This document shows, piece after piece, positions 60,738 through 64,000 of a stretch of DNA of 64,000 bases; within the stretch, counting starts at the first letter, position 1; each line of letters begins with the position of its first letter. The stretch is taken from NCBI GenBank assembly GCA_963709585.1, contig CAVPXI010000015.1:128001-192000 (forward strand), given 5' to 3'. The DNA comes from Candidatus Dormiibacterota bacterium (GTDB lineage: Bacteria; Chloroflexota; Dormibacteria; Aeolococcales; Aeolococcaceae). The translations under genes and the position numbers were made by a program. Below the pieces are notes generated by a model. That model was not told the DNA's origin, ran no database searches, and saw only the letters and a program-made list of their open reading frames with translations.

Positions 60738-62360
60738 ATGAGTTCTCAGCCACCGCTCAACGAGCCGGTTCACCTCTACGCGCCGGGGTCGGCGGAGCGC
60801 GCCCACCTGCGCACCGCGGTCCGCGACATGCAGGCAACCGCGCCGCACACCGTGCCGCTCCACGTTGGCGGACGCACCTACGACGGGCACGGGGAGCGCA
60901 TCTCGGTCAGCGCGCCGCACCGCCGCTCCCTGGCGCTCGTCGAGGCGGCGACCGCCACGACCGATGACGTCCGCGCTGCGGTCGATGCCGCGCTCGCCGC
61001 CCACCACGACTGGTCGACCGCGCCGTGGGAGACGAGGGCCTCGGTCTTCCTCCGCGCCGCTGACCTTCTGAGTGGCCCGTTCCGCGACCGCCTCAATGCG
61101 GCCACGATCCTGGGGCAGAGCAAGAGTGTCCAGCAGGCGGAGATCGACGCCGCGTGCGAGCTGATCGACTTCTGGCGCTGGAACGTCCACTTCGCGGAGC
61201 AGCTCCGGGAGATGCAGCCGGTGTCACCGGCCGGGGTGTGGAATCGCATGGACCACCGGCCGCTCGAGGGCTTCGTGCTGGCGATCAGCCCGTTCAACTT
61301 CACCTCGATCGGGGGAAACCTCGCGGTCACGCCGGCGATCGTCGGCAACACCGTCGTCTGGAAGCCGGCGACCACCGCGCTGCTCGCCGCCCAGGTGATC
61401 ATGGAGATCCTCGAGGCCGCCGGCCTGCCGCCGGGTGTCATCAACATGATCGCCGGGCCCGGGGCGGCGGTCTCGGAGGCCGCGGTCAAGCATCCGTCGC
61501 TCGCGGGCATTCACTTCACCGGCTCGACCGACACGTTCCAGCACCTCTGGACCACTGTTGCCGCCAATCTCGGCAATTACAGGACGTATCCGCGCCTGGT
61601 CGGCGAGACCGGCGGCAAGGACTTCGTGCTCGCGCACCCTTCGGCGTCCACCGACGCACTGCTCGTCGGGCTCCTGCGCGGGTCCTTCGAGTACCAGGGC
61701 CAGAAATGCTCCGCCGCATCGCGCGCGTACATCCCTCACTCGGTGTGGGAACGGCTGCGCGATCCGCTCGCGGTGGCGACCGAGGCGATTCCCGTGGGCG
61801 ATCCCGCGGAGTTCAGCACCTTCATGGGAGCGGTCATCGACGAGCCGAGCTTCCGCAAGCACGAGGCCGTGCTCGCCTCGGCGCGCACCGATCCGGATCT
61901 CACCCTGGTCGCCGGCGGCGAGTGCGACGGCGACGTCGGATGGTTCGTCCATCCCACCATCCTCGAGACCTCGAACCCCCGGCACGAGCTGCTCCAGCGC
62001 GAGCTGTTCGGCCCGATCCTCACCGTGTTCCCGTACCCGGACTCGGACTGGCACTCGGTGCTCGACCTCGTGGATCACACCTCGCCCTATGCGCTCACCG
62101 GCGCCGTGTTCGCCGATGACCGGGCCGCCATCGACGAGGCCGCCGCCCACCTGCGCTACGCCGCCGGCAACTTCTACATCAACGACAAACCAACCGGCGC
62201 GGTCGTCGGTCAGCAGCCGTTCGGCGGCGCGAGAATGAGCGGGACCAACGACAAGGCAGGGTCGGCGCTGAACATGATGCGCTGGGTGTCACCTCGCGTC
62301 ATCAAGGAGACCTTCGTTCCGCCGAGCGAGTGGCGGTACCCGCACCAGGATCCCGACTGA
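60738..62360 (+). CDS. pruA: L-glutamate gamma-semialdehyde (P5C) dehydrogenase
   Basis: AEIDAACELIDF, PFNFT, ETGGKD, YQGQKCSA, ELFGP. Confidence 0.94.
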   Translation: MSSQPPLNEPVHLYAPGSAERAHLRTAVRDMQATAPHTVPLHVGGRTYDGHGERISVSAPHRRSLALVEAATATTDDVRAAVDAALAAHHDWSTAPWETRASVFLRAADLLSGPFRDRLNAATILGQSKSVQQAEIDAACELIDFWRWNVHFAEQLREMQPVSPAGVWNRMDHRPLEGFVLAISPFNFTSIGGNLAVTPAIVGNTVVWKPATTALLAAQVIMEILEAAGLPPGVINMIAGPGAAVSEAAVKHPSLAGIHFTGSTDTFQHLWTTVAANLGNYRTYPRLVGETGGKDFVLAHPSASTDALLVGLLRGSFEYQGQKCSAASRAYIPHSVWERLRDPLAVATEAIPVGDPAEFSTFMGAVIDEPSFRKHEAVLASARTDPDLTLVAGGECDGDVGWFVHPTILETSNPRHELLQRELFGPILTVFPYPDSDWHSVLDLVDHTSPYALTGAVFADDRAAIDEAAAHLRYAAGNFYINDKPTGAVVGQQPFGGARMSGTNDKAGSALNMMRWVSPRVIKETFVPPSEWRYPHQDPD

Positions 62361-62417
62361 CCCGACCGCCAGGGCGCTGAATCGCTTCGCCGACCCGGTC
62401 TGATTTTCGGTCGGGTG

Positions 62418-62636
62418 CTAGGCCCGCCAGCGGGTGCAGGAGCGGGTGGGCCGGCGTCTGCAGGAGCAGCTCCCCGGGTGGCGCGGAGTTCGCCTCGTGA
62501 TCGGCGGATCCTCGGAGGCGACCCGGATCAGGGCATGAAACCTGCTCTCGTCGATGATGCCCTTCTCCAGAGCGCGCCGCGCCCATGCCGGCGGGGTCCG
62601 AAGTCCCCACGCATCGAAAGCGCCTTGCTCGATCAT
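62418..62636 (-). CDS. Small hypothetical protein; C-terminal frame uncertain
   Basis: Strong RBS AGGAGG, directly after the E2 gene. Confidence 0.45.
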   Translation of the reverse strand: MIEQGAFDAWGLRTPPAWARRALEKGIIDESRFHALIRVASEDPPITRRTPRHPGSCSCRRRPTRSCTRWRA

Positions 62637-62664
62637 CGTTCCTCCTGATGATAGCCAGGACGGG

Positions 62665-64000
62665 CTAAACGAGGGTACCCGACGGGTCCAGCCCTTCGAG
62701 GAGCTTCTGGACCGAGGTGACGAAGCGGGTTGCCTGGAGGCCGTCGTTGATGCGGTGGTCGAACGACAGACCCAGGTTCATGATCGGCCGGATCGCGATC
62801 GCGTCACCGACGACCACCGGCCGCTTGACCACCAGATCCATGGTCATGATCGCCGCCTGCGGCTGGTTGATGATCGCCTGGGTCATCACCGCTCCGAGAG
62901 CGCCCGTGTTGTTGAGCGTGAACGTTCCGCCCTGGATCTCATCGAGCTTCAGGTGGTTGGTCCGCGCCCGCGCACCGAGGTCGGCCATGGTGGTCGCGAG
63001 CCCGGTGATGCTCAGCCGGTCCGCGTCGCGCACCACCGGCACGATGAGGTTGTCCTCCAGCGCCACGGCGATGCCGAGGTTGATGGCCCGCTTGACGACG
63101 ATCCCCGCGTCACTCCACGACGCGTTGAGGGTGGGATGGCGTTGCAGCGCCTCGACGACCGCCCGCGCGACAAAGGGCAGGAAGGTGAGCTTGACGCCGT
63201 GCCGCTCCTCGAACGCGGCTTTCTCACGATCGCGAATCCGCCACACCGCGGACATGTCGACCTCCACCATGACGTACGCGTGCGGCGACGTGTGCCGGCT
63301 CCGAACCATGTGCTCCGCAATCGCCCTCCGCACCTGCGTCAGCGGAACAACCGTCTCCCCCTCCCCGGCCTGAGTGAAGGAGGCCGGACCAGCAGACGCC
63401 GAAGCCGCCGTTGGCGCCGTCGAAGCCGGCTGCGGTGCCTGCGTAGGCGACATAGCCGGTGGAGTCGCCGGAGCGGGCGCCGTGGCCGGCGGCCGCGAGG
63501 GCACCGACGAGCCGGCGTCCCTCTGCTGCACGTACTCAAGAACGTCCTTCTTCGTGATCCGCCCGCCGATCCCGCTGCCGGTGATCTGCGACAGATCCAC
63601 CCCGTGCTCGCGCACCAGCATCCGTACCGCCGGGGTCACGTGATAGTCGCCGGCCTGCCCGTTCCCACCGGCTGCCGCATCAGACGCCGGAGCCGCCGCC
63701 GCGGATTCGCTGAAGGCATCCTGAATCGGCCCGACCGCGGTCTCCCCTCCCGCCTGCGCCCGCGCGGGTGGTGCCTGCGGCGCGGTCGGCACAGCTTGCG
63801 GCTCGGAGGGCGCAGTCTGCGGCTCCGCCGGCTCCGTATTCCGCTCCGCGGGTGCCGCTTGCGCGCTCTGCGCCGCCGGCACGCCGACGGCAGCGACCTC
63901 CTTGACATCCGGCTCGACCGCGGCATCCGAAGCCGCGACGCCGGTGTCGATGGAGCAGATCGGCTGTCCCACCGGCACCACGGTGCCTTCCGCGGCGATC
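62665..64000 (-). CDS. Dihydrolipoamide acyltransferase (E2), 5' end outside the window
   Basis: End of lipoyl domain, TPAVR..GSGIGGRITKKD, GGTFT, FDHRINDG. Confidence 0.93.
   Translation of the reverse strand, partial: IAAEGTVVPVGQPICSIDTGVAASDAAVEPDVKEVAAVGVPAAQSAQAAPAERNTEPAEPQTAPSEPQAVPTAPQAPPARAQAGGETAVGPIQDAFSESAAAAPASDAAAGGNGQAGDYHVTPAVRMLVREHGVDLSQITGSGIGGRITKKDVLEYVQQRDAGSSVPSRPPATAPAPATPPAMSPTQAPQPASTAPTAASASAGPASFTQAGEGETVVPLTQVRRAIAEHMVRSRHTSPHAYVMVEVDMSAVWRIRDREKAAFEERHGVKLTFLPFVARAVVEALQRHPTLNASWSDAGIVVKRAINLGIAVALEDNLIVPVVRDADRLSITGLATTMADLGARARTNHLKLDEIQGGTFTLNNTGALGAVMTQAIINQPQAAIMTMDLVVKRPVVVGDAIAIRPIMNLGLSFDHRINDGLQATRFVTSVQKLLEGLDPSGTLV

Overview
High-GC bacterial chromosomal window. 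The gene inventory suggests a soil Terrabacteria organism such as Ca. Dormibacterota, Chloroflexota or Actinomycetota; this is inference only. The right part (48.0-64 kb) looks like core genome: tRNA-Phe, dtd, an NrtR-like regulator, an OmpR-type two-component system with a MacAB-like operon, tRNA-Val, rpiA, lipB, lipA, pruA and a 2-oxoacid dehydrogenase E2. The left 48 kb is accessory-rich: ECF sigma/anti-sigma pairs, ABC exporters, class III cyclases and detoxification-type enzymes. Reading the raw sequence gave four main observations. (1) The 3' half of tRNA-Phe plus its flank is repeated at about 28.7 kb and, more degenerately, at about 14.3 kb. This defines two tandem integrase-less islands. 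(2) Within them a ~25-34 bp site (consensus CTCTGG-N9-YGnACG-CTGG) recurs about 12 times in the same orientation, always between genes, splitting the DNA into mostly one-gene modules. This is a candidate undescribed gene-cassette/recombination system. (3) One module is a TasA-like/SipW/malectin fibre operon preceded by three tandem long hairpins. (4) There are many single-base frameshifts, probably partly sequencing error, and several scrambled gene fragments. All alignments were done by eye and no database searches were run.
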